A stretch of 64,000 nucleotides of DNA from Eledone cirrhosa (GCA_964016885.1 OZ024741.1:56730001-56794000); one strand, 5' to 3'; shown: positions 1 to 15,006, counted from the first letter of the stretch. A program made the numbers and translations. Notes: a model not told the origin generated them from the sequence alone.

Positions 1-24
1 AACTAACTGTTGTGGAACTACTTC

Positions 25-60
<36 letters not shown>

Positions 61-64
61 TATA

Positions 65-147
<83 letters not shown>

Positions 148-164
148 ATAAATATATATATATA

Positions 165-277
<113 letters not shown>

Positions 278-323
278 ATAAATATATATATATATATATA
301 TTTATTATATATATATATTTATT

Positions 324-506
<183 letters not shown>

Positions 507-590
507 TATATGCAGACCTGACTATCCAGCGAACCTCAACCGTTAAGGTTGTCTTTATGCGGGTATGTTAATATTTATAAAACAAATTTG

Positions 591-656
591 TATTTTATCT
601 GATGAAAGCGCACCAAAATTTGTCGTGGTTACCCTTGAAATATATATAATAAAATA
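591..656 (+). ncRNA. Type I hammerhead ribozyme (minimal, palindromic stem III)
   Basis: tattttat-CTGATGA-aag...ctt-GAAA-t-atat-a-TA-ataaaata. 8-bp stem I, extendable with 572-583/663-674. Confidence 0.75.
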
Positions 657-844
657 ATTATGGTTTTATAAATATAGTTTCCATTTATTAATATATTGTA
701 TATGTATATATATATGTATATATATATGTATATATATATAGAAGTATATATATATAACGAAGGAAATGTGGTAAGGAACCAGGTGGACCATAACGCACCA
801 AAGTACTCAATACTTAGGGTAGTAGAGTGGGTAATAGGAACGTT

Positions 845-899
<55 letters not shown>

Positions 900-922
900 A
901 GATACACACACACACACACACA

Positions 923-979
<57 letters not shown>

Positions 980-1155
980 GAGAGAGAGAAGAAAACACAC
1001 GGGAGTGTGTGTTTATCAAGTTACAGGGAATACCACTAGCGTATGGAACTTATGGCCCGGGATTCTTTTTCCTTTGAGCTCATGAATCACAGGGACTAAC
1101 GCGAGTTTTTGACTCCGTTACTTCATTTATATATATATATATGTGTGTGTGTGTA

Positions 1156-1229
<74 letters not shown>

Positions 1230-1232
1230 CGC

Positions 1233-1278
<46 letters not shown>

Positions 1279-1531
1279 GTGTGTGTGCGTGTATGTGTGT
1301 GTGTGTGAAGTTATATCTGCATAAATACAAAGTGTGTAACCGAGCCTGCATCAATGTGTATAATTATATGCACCTATCTAATATGTAAACATACCAGAAA
1401 ATACGAATTTCCCTGTAAATGGAAATAATTGTTTCTACTTTAGGCACAAGGCCAGCAAATACCCAGTACATTACTGGTACTGTATTTTATCGACCCCGTA
1501 AGGATGAAAGGCAAAGGAAATAATAATAAAC

Positions 1532-1576
1532 ACCTTTAATCGATTTTCAGATCTAATTAGATCCTCATCGGGAGGC
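1532..1576 (-). ncRNA. Decayed hammerhead (core CCGATGA)
   Basis: Minus strand: gcctc-CcGATGA-ggatc taatta gatct-GAAAatcgatTA-aaggt. Confidence 0.55.
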
Positions 1577-1740
1577 GTCCAATCAACCACAAGGAAACTC
1601 AGCCACTCTCAGACAGTGCGTGCAAAATTAGGAGGGGCTCTATCTTGCATGAATTCATTGAAGTCATTGATGTTGTCTCAAGTGGTTAGGGAGTTTCTTT
1701 CCTCCGCGCTCTCTCTCTCCCTTTCTGTCCCTCCCTCTCT

Positions 1741-1800
<60 letters not shown>

Positions 1801-1927
1801 GTCTTTATATATATATATATATATATATAGTAATATTAATAAATGTGGAGACTAAAATGCGAAGAGGGCTCGATAAGGATAATATATAAAAACCATAGAG
1901 CAAATATTTATTAAAATAACAGATTAA

Positions 1928-1978
1928 AGTTTAAGCAAAGAATCGCTGCTTTCACTCTTAACGGGATCTTCTGAAACT
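1928..1978 (-). ncRNA. Decayed hammerhead (core CAGAAGA) inside a fold-back
   Basis: Minus strand: agttt-CaGAAGA-t ccc gttaa gag t-GAAAgcag cgattct ttgcTT-aaact. Confidence 0.55.
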
Positions 1979-2034
1979 AAAAGTTCCTGTTAAGGGTGAA
2001 GGCAGCGATTCTTTGCTTAAACTTTAATCTGTTA

Positions 2035-2097
<63 letters not shown>

Positions 2098-2124
2098 AGA
2101 TAGATAGAGAGAGAGAGAGAGGGG

Positions 2125-2213
<89 letters not shown>

Positions 2214-3384
2214 GAGGAAGTTTCGTTTACATATGAAAAATATTTATTGCGTATCGATCTGTTACGCGCGTTTCGCAGAGGATTGGCTGAAGGTGACTCA
2301 TAGGAGTTATGGACCCGACTCCAGTATCGATCTGCTTGCTCCTCAGATTGATGATGCGACAAAAGATGCTTGATTTGGTACCAACACCAGCATTTCACCG
2401 TACTACATACACTAAATATATATATATATATATATGTGTGTGTATGTGTGTAGAGAGGGGGGGGGGTGACAAAGACATTTTCCCCGTTTCTACTTACTTT
2501 AATGTATGGTTTCTTCAGTCCATTACTACCACTACTACCACTACCACCACCACCACCATCACCACCACTACTACTACTACAAGTAAAACATTAACTCTTT
2601 AGATAATTATGCAAGATGTTTCCCTCCTCCTAATAGCACTTTATTTCCAGTCCATTAAATTAAAGCAAAACTGACCACTTGACTGGCGTCGGGGAACAAA
2701 TTGGAGGAACGTTAATTTCTTACCTGGCAATCTAATCTAAGACTTAGCCAAATGTGTTAGTGATGTACATGTTCGTAATAATTACATATACACTGGTGCT
2801 TTGTACGTCATAGGTACATGCATACATACACACACACATAGATACATGCATACATACACACACACATACATACATACATACACACACACATACATACATA
2901 CATAGTACGTACATATACACTCACACACGCACGCATACAAACACATACACACACGCACACGGACGCAAACACACCACGCACACGAACTCACAGACACACA
3001 CATAAATACATAGACGTGCAAACATACATATGTACAATCTTTAGAATATTGCTGTCATGTGGTATGTGGTTGCATAAATCTCTCTATACCGTGCTACATA
3101 TATATATATATATATATATATACGTATGTATGCATGTGCGCGCGAGCGTGTGTGTGTTGATGTGTGTGTGGAGAGGGATTATATGAATAAATACGTGGCA
3201 ATAATAACGAAAGATGTTTCTTTGTAGTGTAAAACGATTAACAGAAAGCTTAATCAAAGCAATAATGTAATGATATATAAATATATTCAGCTAAAACGAA
3301 GAGAAACTAGAAGAAACATCAAACTGCATATTGAAATAAATACATTATATATATATATATGTGTGTGTGTGTATATATATATGC

Positions 3385-3528
<144 letters not shown>

Positions 3529-4411
3529 TAAAATTATATTTGCATATACACTGAATTGAGGTAACTGATACTGCGTAAACGCTTATATATAAAGGGTGTC
3601 CCAAAAAGATGTATACACACTTCAACAACAACAAAAATGCATTAAAATAAATTTTGTTTTATATGCATTATTTAAATTTTGTAAACATTTTTGGTTTTGT
3701 AAACATTTTTTGCTGTTTACATACAATTGAATTATGTCTGTAGATCATTTTATTTTTGGTAAAGGTTGTGCATTCTAATAAATATTGCCTGAGTGCATAC
3801 ATTTTTAGGGGACACTCTGTATATTAAGTTTGTAGTTAGAATCCGAAGTATATGATAAAATTATATCTGTATATATACAGAATAGGTACACCTTCATACA
3901 ATGTGTATTATATCATTGACGGACGTGATCGTGTTTCTAGTAGAATAAAAAAGAGAAAAAAACAATCCAACATGAAACCAATATCAGACAAAACGAGAGG
4001 CGTTTTGAATAGAATAAAGCTTCTCAAAAGATGTAAACACAGCAGGTGTAGAAGCGGTAGTTCTCACAGTAGAAAAAAAACCGTACACCGTGTTAGCTCT
4101 GAAAGATAGTGACACGCAGTGCACCCATTTATTTAGATCTGTGTTTACTCACCTTTACACAACCAAAGACCCCTTTTATTTGAATGAATTTTCCCACATA
4201 CACCCTGCTCCAGATTGTTGTTATATGTTGAGAATAAGAATCGAAAGAGAGAAATGTTTATACTTATAGAAGATAGCCAATAGTTTTTTGAATACGTTTT
4301 AACCTTTCTGATTCTAAACCGCCCGATACCACCCTGGGTTTTATGGTATAAAACTGCTCGATTTACTGTGTTTCATCATAAATTTACGTCAAAAGCTTTG
4401 TTATGTTTCAA

Positions 4412-5052
4412 AGATCAGCTTAATAATGGTTTCTTATATAGGCACAAGGCCAACAATTTGGGGGAAGGGGAAAGTCGATTAAATCGACTCCAGTGCGTGA
4501 CTGGTACTTTATTTTATCGACCCCGAAAGGATGAAAGGCAAAGTTTATCTCGGCGGGATTTGAACTCAAAAGATCAGCTTAATAATGATTTCTGATTTAG
4601 GCACAAGGCCAATAATGTTTGGGGAAGGGGAAGTCGATTAAATCGACCCAGTGCATTACTTGTACGTTATTTTATCGACCCCGCAAGGGTGAAAGGCAAA
4701 GCTAACCTTGGTGTGATTTGAACTTAGAATGTAAAGAGACGTAACTCTGTCATTAATCATATTGTTCGACGCTCTACCGATACTACCAATCCACAACCCT
4801 AGAGATCTGCTTAATAATGATTTCTAGTATAGGCACAAGGCCAGTAATTTGAGGGGAGGGGAAGTCAATTAAATCGACCCAGTGCGTTACTGGTGCTTTA
4901 TTTTATCGACCCCGTAAGGATGAAAGGCAAAGTTAACCTTGGAGGGATTTGAACTCAGACCGTAAAGAACCGTAACTCTATGCCATAAATCCTATTGTCC
5001 GATTCTCTACTGATACTGCCAATCCACCGCTCTTGGATCTGCTTAATAATGA
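4412..5052 (-). mobile_element. Three head-to-tail SINE family 1 copies
   Basis: Each copy is bounded by the same agatc(a/t)gcttaataatg spacer (about 4412, 4571, 4803, 5036). Confidence 0.85.
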
Positions 5053-5329
5053 GAAAGAGAATTCCTCCATTTTTTTAATTATTATTTTCAAAATTAGTTG
5101 AAAGACAGGAGCTATGTGTCTCGTGGGTTTGAATTCAGCTTAAGAACACCCAAAACTACATTTGTGAACCTTAAGTCGGGAAAGTTGAATTACAGAAATA
5201 AGCGTGATATAAATTAAAGGCTAAGATTATAAATTAAATATTACAATACATTATAAGTACTGAATTGTGACAGACAGAAAGAATTGTGTGTAAATAACAT
5301 GTTAAACAGTGACATGATATAACTGGGGT

Positions 5330-5660
5330 CCTTGCCAGTAAAATACTCAATTGACGTCCTATGAGATTTAACCTCATGGGAGGTCGACTAAACCTACGCA
5401 GAAATGAGGTGTAACAACAAAAGGTGCTGAGCTGGCCAACCGCAGGTGTGGGCCTCGCGAGATGGAAAACCTCTTCCAGCGTATCTCTCTTACCATCCTC
5501 CGGGGAAACGCCTTGTCCATTCTTCTGTCCGCCGGGGCTGTGTGTGTGGGGGGGGGGGGGCAGCACGTGGGCCCCATTTGCTCACCATACAGAGAGATGG
5601 GGAGGGCGAGAGAGATGGAGGCGATGACAGTGGGAGTTCGGCTCTTCCACATTCGGACCA
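5330..5660 (+). mobile_element. CRE-like non-LTR element 3' fragment (second, shorter copy at 5830-5945)
   Basis: GPREMENLFQRISLTILRGNALSIL resembles the LFQRLS.AIQRGNA.S C-terminus of CRE-clade RLE proteins. Confidence 0.5.
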
Positions 5661-6529
5661 TATCTTTGTGGCTGTGTTTATTATCTATATAGAAAATTAT
5701 TTATTTCCCAAGACAGATAAACTTTTTGAACTTATATATAAACAACAAAAGGTATAGTTTTTTTTAAATTTAGACGCAAGACCAGTAATTTGAGAGAAGG
5801 AGAAAGTCGATTAAATCGACTCAGTATTCGGCTCTGCCAACGCGACTTCCTCACAATCCTCCGAGGATACGCTTTCTCTATTGTGTCCGTCGATGAGATG
5901 AGGAGAGCGACGGAGGCAGTGACAGAGGTTCTTTGAGTTCGGACCTGGTGTATATGTATATGTTTCAAAGACACACACTCACCCTGGGGCAATTTAATTT
6001 GATAATTTGACTGGGACTTCATTTTATCGATCCCGGAGGGGATGAAAGGTAAAACTGTCTTTGGTAGAATTTAAAATAAGAAAATATAAATAGAGTAAAA
6101 CATTCTGTCCGAGGCTCTGACGATTCTGCCAATTCCCCACTCTAACAACAACAACAACAGCAACAACAGCAACAGCAACAGCAACAGCAACAACAACAGC
6201 AACAGCAACAACAACAACAGCAACAGCAACAACAACAACAACAACAAGAAGTAGAAGAATAACAGCGGTATTGATGTTATTGGAAACTATTGCCTTTGGC
6301 AACATTGAGTTCTTTAGTTATTGGTTCGATAATTGATAATTTGGTTTCTAAAATATAAATTAAAACAATATACATTACACTATTTAGAAATAACTGTTTC
6401 TAATTATCTTTGAGATTAATTGCCGATCAATATATTTAATTTTGCTCTTTATCTTTCTTCGGTTGATTATTTCCTCAAAACATATTTTGAATGTTCTTCA
6501 AGCGTTCATTCTTTTGTACATGTAATAGT

Positions 6530-7487
6530 TTATGTATGTATGTATGTATGTATGTATGTATGTATGTATGTATGTATGTATGTATGTATGTATGTGTGTG
6601 TGTGTGTGTGTATGTATATATGTATGTATGTATGTATGTATGCATGTATGTATGTATATGTGTCTGTGTGTGTGTATGAATGTATGTATGTATGTGTATG
6701 AATGTGTATGTATGTATGTGTATGTGTGTGTATGTATGTGTATGTATGTATGTATGTATGTATATGTGTGTGTGTATGTATGCATGACTGTATGAATGTA
6801 TGTATGTATGTGTGCATGTATGTGTATGTATGTGTATGCATATGTATGTATGTGTATGTGTGTGTATGTATGCGTGTATGTATATGGGTATGTATTTGTA
6901 TGTATGTATGTATGTATGTATGCATGTATGTATGTGTGTATGTATGCATGTATGCATGTGTGCATGTATGCATGTATGCATGTGTGCATGTATGTATGCA
7001 TACATGTATGTATGTGTGCATGTATGTATACATGTATGCATGCATTCATGTATGTGTGTATGTATGTGTGCATGTATGCATGTCTGAATGTATGAATATT
7101 CTTCTGGTTTTACATTATTAATTTCTCACCAATAGAGGGGCGGGAGAGAGAGGGGGGTGAGAGAGAGAGAAAGAGAAAGAAAAAGAGAGACGGTTTGTAA
7201 CACAGAAACAAGTCTCCTTTACAGGAAGTCAGACATCAACTGGGCAATTATGTATGTATATATGTATGCGTACAGGTATACATGTTACTGAATGTGTGGA
7301 TCTGTATGTATTTAGTTATGTGTCCACATATACACATGGTTCTATATGCATACGTGTGTATATGCAGTTATTTCGAAGTTCTAGAATGTTCCATATATTT
7401 TCACATATGTATGTATGCATGTATGTATGTATGTATGTATGTATGTATGTATGTATGTATGTATGTATGTATGTATGTATGTATGTA

Positions 7488-7570
<83 letters not shown>

Positions 7571-7680
7571 ATGTACGTAAGGCGATTGATTTGGTAGAAT
7601 GTATATATGTATCTATGTATGCATGCATGTATGTCTATGTATGTATGTATGTATGTATGTGAGTATGTACGTATGTATGT
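6530..7680. repeat. (TATG)n/(TG)n compound microsatellite
   Basis: Directly visible. Similar tracts at 20345-20525, 20715-20810 and 32137-33600. Confidence 0.97.
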
Positions 7681-7682
7681 TT

Positions 7683-9260
7683 CTCGTTCTCTTAATTTCC
7701 TGGTGGCAAGGTTATAAAAGAAAGGAAATTGTTATCCCTTGAATCACAAGAATGTTTTGCGCAGTTTGAAGGTGCCAGCTATGCTAGCCATTTGAGGTCT
7801 ATGAATCAGGGAGCTACGCTCTTTGTCCACAAATCCAAGTTCAGTCATACTTTGGTCCAAGTGATATATAACCTGTAGCTCCAATAATGATGGGTATGAA
7901 GCTGAAAGGCTTAACTTGGATACTATATCTGCAAACTCCTCATCAATGGTCCGTAGATATCCTCCTTCTCTTGTATTTTTCTTACAACGTTGACATCAAG
8001 TGGGCAGCCGATCTCTACAACAGAGCACGTTTTCAATGTGTGGTCCCAAACAACAATATCAGGTCGGTTGTGCTTTAATTTGGTGGCAGTTTTTATTTTT
8101 AGATTCCACCAGTATTTCTTTGTGCCATCTATCTCAACATATTCCTCCTCATTTGTTTTAATTTTGTTTTCCTTTATGCGTTCCATGTAGTTCTAGCTAT
8201 CACATCGTGTCTCATAGGGAGGTAGTAACAAGACGACATTCTTTCACAGTTGGAAACAATGTGGCTAACATCTTCGATCTTTGTTTTACATAGCCTACAT
8301 TTATTGTCGACCGATGGCCCTCCCCTTTTGTCTAGCAGATATTTGGTAGGGATTTCTTGTTCCTGTATTGCATAGATATATCCTTCAAGGTGGAATGCCA
8401 TAAACTCCATGCCAAGCTTTTTGAATGATTTATCCCCTCTATGGTCTATGTTTTTCGTCTCAGTTACACATGCACAACTTTCTCTGTTTATTGGTCCATT
8501 GTTTTATATTGTTCGAGCATTGAATAGGATCTTCAAATGTCCCTGGAGAGAGATTTATATTAGGCCTTATTCCACATCTCTTCTCCAGATCATTGGCTAT
8601 CCTAATGATATTATTTCCTTCATGCTCATAAACCTGGGCAAGATAGTTGCAAGATAGTTGCTGACCTTTTTCTTCTGCTGAAGATGTTACCTTAGTGTTA
8701 CTATCCGGGTCTCGTATGATGTTAATATGGATTTTAGACCCCGACCACCTTCTTTGCGTGAGAAATATAGCCTATCCACACCACCATTTATGTTAAAGTT
8801 TCCAGTAACACTGAGAAGCTAGCGAGTTCTTATATCCATCTCACTTAGTTCTTGCAATGACCAGTTTAGCAGGCCAAATGTTCGTGTTAGAATTGGCACA
8901 GCATAAGTATTGTGGGCAATGTATTTGTTGTACGCTGAGAGTTCTGATGACCATATTTTCTTTACTCTCCTGGGGTATTCAGTTCTGGTGCTTTCCTTAT
9001 TTATGGATCCTTCACATCTGACATTCTCATCCTGTCCAAGATATCTGTAGTTGTCACCTGACTGTAGAGGTTGTATTGTCAAGCCGTTCACATCTAGATT
9101 TTCAGAGGAGGGCACAACCCTTCCACACTTTACTGTCAAATATGCACATTTTGACTCACCAAATTTTCTTCTGATGTCTGCAGAAAATTGTGTAATGAGA
9201 TCCAATTGTTTTTTGATATAGTAGGTATTTGGCCCATACAACTTCAGGTCATCAACAACG
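7683..9260 (-). mobile_element. Decayed R4/Dong-clade non-LTR element (RT end, CCHC knuckle, restriction-like endonuclease)
   Basis: VDDLKLYG, YRYLG, CRLC..EDVSHIVSNC, RHD and RPDIVVWD..EIGCP in broken frames. 3' end abuts (TATG)n. Confidence 0.88.
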
Positions 9261-9284
9261 GAAAGATGGATGATATGTATGCAT

Positions 9285-9795
9285 GTTTAGTCGCCGACGA
9301 CCCGACCATGAGACAAGTTGTACTGGGTTACATGTTACTAGTAGCACTCGAGAGCGACCTGACACAAGCTAACCTGGTGAGAAGGGTGATATTTGGACAC
9401 CCTGCGGGATGAAATACAAGACCTGACAAAGGGCGGAGGAATTCAGCAGAGTCAACGGCCATACAAATAGTACTTTGTTTTTTTTTAACTTGGGAGTGAA
9501 AGGCTCCATAATTGTTGTCACAACACCTTTCTAGGAGAGGGAAACTCTGAAAAAAACCTGCTTTCTCCTTCTCGGGTGGTGTTTGCGATGTTCAGAGAGT
9601 GGGATTGGTCGAGTGCAAGGCCTTTCCCCACTTAAAAAACCTTCAAAGCACAGGCATTGCTTGTTCAGGATCTGTTATAGGTTTGTGTGATTGGCCGTAG
9701 CCTAAAAGTGCACCAAACTCTATAATCCTCCAAGCAATTGCAGTACTCTTAGAGTTTTCAGCCATCATGTATGTATGTGTGTATGTATGTATGTA
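9285..9795 (+). mobile_element. Non-autonomous bipartite RTE-derived element (5' UTR + 3' end, (TGTA)n tail) with an inverted 5' segment
   Basis: ctaggagagggaaactctga RTE 5'-UTR motif. Ends cagccatca(tgta)n. Homologous to 10343-10860 and 15950-16485. Confidence 0.7.
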
Positions 9796-10342
9796 TGTAT
9801 GCGTGTGTGTATGTACGTTAGGCGTTTGATCTGGCAGAACCGTTAGAATGTTGGATATTTGTCCTGTATCCTTCCGCTTTGAGTTCAAATCCCGCAGAAG
9901 TCCACTTTAATTTCGTCCTTTGTGGGTTTATAAAGACTGAACCCTCCAATGTAGGTGCAGCCATCTCTACTTCTGACTTACACATCTTGGATGATCTGCT
10001 GGTTCTAGATAGGGATGGTTGTGAGGGTGTCTGTGTCTGCCTGTCACTGCATGGGTACCTAAATCCCTTAACGAAAGAAGAGTACATAATACCGAGTCAT
10101 ACACGACTGCGAGTGACGACCGTAGTATGTATGTATTTATGTATGTATGTATACATGTATGTATGTATGTAATTATTATGAATGTATGTATGCATGTATG
10201 CATGTATGCAAGCATGTATGCATGTATGTATGTATTATGAATGTATGTATGCATATAAGTATGTATGTATGTATGTATGTATGTATCCATGCATGTATGT
10301 ATGTAGCATGTATGTACGTATGCATGTATGTATGTAAGATTT

Positions 10343-10860
10343 CTCTTCAACGCTACTGGTAACATGTAACTCAGTACAACCCGTGCATGGTCGAGTCGTC
10401 GGCGAATAAACCGCAACCCCAGTAAGCTTACTTGGTGAGGAGGGTGATTTTGGACACCCTGTAGGATGAAAAATAAAACCCGTCAAAGGGCGAACGAACT
10501 CAGGAGAATCAACGGTCATCCAACAATGTGTTTTTGTTGTTTTTCTTTGTGGGGCGAAAGACTCCCAGTCTTCATTAAGACAATCCTCTAGGAGAAGGTC
10601 ACTCTGAAATAAAACCTGCGACTTCGTTCTCATACAATGATGGGTAAATGCATTCGATTTTCAGAGAGTGGGATTGACCTCGTGCAAAGCCTTTCCTCAC
10701 TTCGCTTGATATGTGATATTTTTTGCGATGCATGGTATTGCTGGTCATAGGCAAGTTCCTAGCAGGACTAAAAAAACCACGTTCGGGATGCTCATGCTTA
10801 AATATCAAGCGATGGCATTACTTGAAATGGAGTTGCAGCCATCATGTATGTATGTACGTA
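10343..10860 (+). mobile_element. Bipartite RTE-derived element, diverged copy
   Basis: ggtgaggagggtgattttggacaccctg, ctaggagaaggtcactctga and cagccatca(tgta)n. Confidence 0.7.
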
Positions 10861-11582
10861 TGTATATATTCATGCATGTATGATTGTGTATACTATGTAT
10901 GTTGTTAGTTATAGGTCGCAGTTTTGTAACTGAAATTTTAAAGAGAAATTTAGGCGATATTTAGATTCTGTATTTTTTCATTTTTTTTTGTCTGTTTTAT
11001 TGAATATTTGTATGAAACTTAATGTGAGCCAGCTTTCGAAATGCTTGGACACAGTAATTTTGAGTAAATCAACATTCTTGGACAAACTTGTCAGCATCTT
11101 CGAAGGAAGCAATTTATCAAAAATATAGTGAATTCGTTTTAGGCAATAATTCACTCAGGTAAGACCAGATACTGCTGTTAGTAGTAGATAGAAGATTGTT
11201 GGTCGTGAATACTTAAATACAGTTACACGTTCGTTTAGTATGATACTTTATATTTCTGTATGGACCCGTAACTCCTGATGAAGTCGGAGGTCTTCTGTAG
11301 TGACATAGAGTGTGTCTAGGGTATTTTAAACCTGGCGGAGCCCATAACATCTCCAAGTTGAAACACAGACGATTTTTTTCCAGAGGAGGAGAAAGTTAAA
11401 GATAGAGAGAAGACATGAGAAACAGATATAGAGGAAAATTCAACTCCAGTACTGGACTGCTGTTACTTTTTATCGACTTTGAAAGAATAAAAGGCAAATT
11501 CTCCTCGGTGGGTTTTGAATCTAGAGTGCCGAGAACCGCAAAGTATTCTATCCATATATATAAATATATATACATTCATATA

Positions 11583-11617
<35 letters not shown>

Positions 11618-11766
11618 TATATATATATATATAGGAACGAGTAGGACCCCGATGGCTGAGCTCAGCCGTCGGGGTCCTACTCGTTCCTATCACCCACTCT
11701 ACTACCCTAAGTATTGAGTACTTTGGTGCGTTATGGTCCATCTGGTTCCTTACCACATTTCCTTCG

Positions 11767-11877
<111 letters not shown>

Positions 11878-14510
11878 CGTGTGACAACCAGTTCTGCCGC
11901 CAGTTTGTATTGGTAGTATTGGTAGAGGGTCGGACGCCATGCTTTACAACATAGAGTTACTGCCCTTTACGATCTGAGTTCAAATCCCGCCGAGGTTAAC
12001 TTTACCTTTCATCCTTACGGGGTCGATAAAATAAAGTACCAGTAATGCACTGAGATAATTGCTGGCTTTGTGCCAAAAGTATAAACAATTAATATATAGA
12101 CAATACGATATCCAAATAAATGAAATTATATGTCGCACATGTATTAACATAATTGTGAATTCGACGTTGTTATCGACGATAAGAATTCAGTTTTTGTGAC
12201 CAACAGAAATATACTCGTGAAATAAAACTGTAAGCGGGTGAGTATTCCATCGACATGTGTACCCTTAATATAATTCTCATACCAAATAAATGTGACAAGG
12301 CTCGTAAAAATTCCAGATTTATTTAGGAATTTGAATCTACGTCACGGCCTTGGCTTGCTGACTGCATACACATCCTTGTATGATGCTTACCCTACACTAA
12401 AATTCAGTGTATTTGTATACTTAATCGAAAGAGAGCCAATATTTTTTCTCGACTGATTTAAAAAATAAAACTTCTCATGTTTCATACTATCGTATGTTAA
12501 TCGATATTTTTTCCATCTCTCTACTGAACTGTCATTTGTTGTCAGATGGGAGTCGAACCTCAAAAGAAACCTTTAAATTATTGCATCACTGTTGTGTTCA
12601 CCAATAGAATGAAGATTATTTATTGCAGCCACTCACGTTAGTCAAGCAAGCACAGATAGCTTGCAGTATTGGATAACTTTCAAATAGAAATATAATTTTG
12701 AGAATGATTTATTGCAGGTGTACTTTCTTCTTTTCTATTCTCATATCATTACCAGAATCGCGACGTCCATAAGAACCGCATTAGAAATATATTTAAAAAA
12801 TATAAACAAAACCCAGCTTTCGGTTAATAAAGGAAGAAGAATTTTAAAAGGAAAACGATATTGCCATTACAATATTTTTCTCATTTATTATTTATTCTCG
12901 CAAGATATTTGAAAAACCATTTAAGTTTTTTGTTTGTTTAAAGTATTAAATTATATTTGTTTATTAGTTTTAAACTATACATATTGCAAAAATTGTCTTC
13001 TTTGTCTTTAAGCATCGGTTTATATGCTTGCTTTTCTCATCATTCCATCCATATAGGAATCTGCCTGAGTGAAACAAATGGGCGGAGGTTTCAGTCTTAT
13101 TTACACTTCGTTGTTTCACAGCAGAATACATTTCTATTTATTTCTATATTATTGACGTCAACTAACCCTTCTACAATATTTATATTTAATCTTCTATCGT
13201 CCTCTTTAACATGTTTTCTATACACCTTTTTGATTCACCAAATTTGTTTCTCAGCGCCATTCCAGCATTGTTATAGAACTTCCCTTTAGAAATACCTTTC
13301 CCACAGACATTATGTTTTAGAACACCAAAATATTTCCATAGAAATCCGATTGTAACAATTGTCTCTCCAAGGAAATAATAATAAGGAGTAATCGAAATTG
13401 AAAATTAGATCCTATGATAAAGTTAACAAACTGAAATTCTGAATAAGTACATTAAACCTTTATACACTCTAATTCTATGTCTCCTAATATACTGAAATTT
13501 AAGAATGACTAAGAAATCATATACAGACCTTTTCTTCCTAATAAAAATTGTTTCTACTTTTGGCACAAGGCCAGCAATTATCCCAGTGCATTACTGGTGC
13601 CTTATTTTATCGATCCCGTTAGGATGAAAGGCAAAGCTAACCTCGGCGGGATTTGAACCCAGATCGTAAAGGGGCGTAACCCTATGCTATAAAGCATATT
13701 GTCCGACGTTCTACCGATACTGCCCTTTTCTTCCTTATGGTAATGACTTCTAATTTAGGCACAAGACCAGCAGTTTGAAGGGAGGGGTGAGTGAATTAAA
13801 CCGGCCCCAGTCGTTGACTCGTATTTTATTTTATCAACACCTGAGGGATGAAAGACAAAGTTGATCTTTGTGGGATTTTGAACGTATAAAGTTGTTTTGT
13901 CCGGTGTTCTAACAATTCTGCCAATCCAACGACATAGTTCTCTCTGCCCCCTATAATAATACTAATATATACAGAGCAGAGGCAAACACCATCACCTTCC
14001 ATGCATTTCGTTTGGAAAATGCCATCCTAACCTCGAAATATCATGAAATACAAGGCAACATTTTAAGCTGTTGTTTTGAGTTCTCGATACACGCTTCCAC
14101 ATCCAATGTTTCTATTAAAAGTGAGCTAACCTCTTCGTTGTCCTGTTTATATTCGATATGTGTCTGGAAAGCGATTACACACAGACACACACGCATACAC
14201 ACAATAATACACCAGGTGTTTATATATATAAAGAGGGTGTGGCAAGATACCAGGTGGACCATAACACACCAGAGTACTCAATACTTAGGGTAGTAGAGTG
14301 GGTAACAGGCTCCGGCCGTTTCGGCATCTAGATCCGAACTGTTCGGATATACATGCCGAAACGGCCGGAGCTCAACCACCGGGGTCCTGAACAGGTGTAT
14401 GTGTTTTTATTGTTTTATTGGCAGTATGACCCTCCCAAATTATAACAATATCTGTTTCAACAAACATTTTCAGACAACAAGAAATGATTCAAAACAAATG
14501 CTAAGACGAA

Positions 14511-14556
<46 letters not shown>

Positions 14557-14642
14557 ATACTTGGGGAGGGTCATATTGTTGTAATAATATTGGCAGAATT
14601 AATAACAGAACACACTCACTGTTTGGTTGGTTTTCGCTTCTG

Positions 14643-14726
<84 letters not shown>

Positions 14727-14918
14727 CGAAGGAGTTGTGTTAAGGGACCAGATGGACCATAACGCACCAGAGTACTCAATACTTAGGGTAGTAGAGAGGG
14801 TAATAGGAAAATGTATGACCCCGACAGCAGAGCTCAAGCCGTTTCTACGGCTATTTCTGGACCGTCCAGAAATAGCCGCCGATACGGCTTGAGCTCTGCC
14901 GTCGGGATCATACATTTT

Positions 14919-15006
<88 letters not shown>

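Noticed and set aside
4412-5052. CRISPR-like repeat-spacer array
   Set aside because: The 'spacers' are homologous SINE copies, the context is eukaryotic and there are no cas genes
10345-10425. HDV-like ribozyme at the 5' end of the bipartite RTE element
   Set aside because: A GGCGAAU-like motif is present but I could not build P1/P2/P3 by eye. It needs a descriptor search.
11275-11370. CTGATGA in the SINE tail-B sequence
   Set aside because: Other copies read ctgatgg or differ, and there is no GAAA/stem III partner
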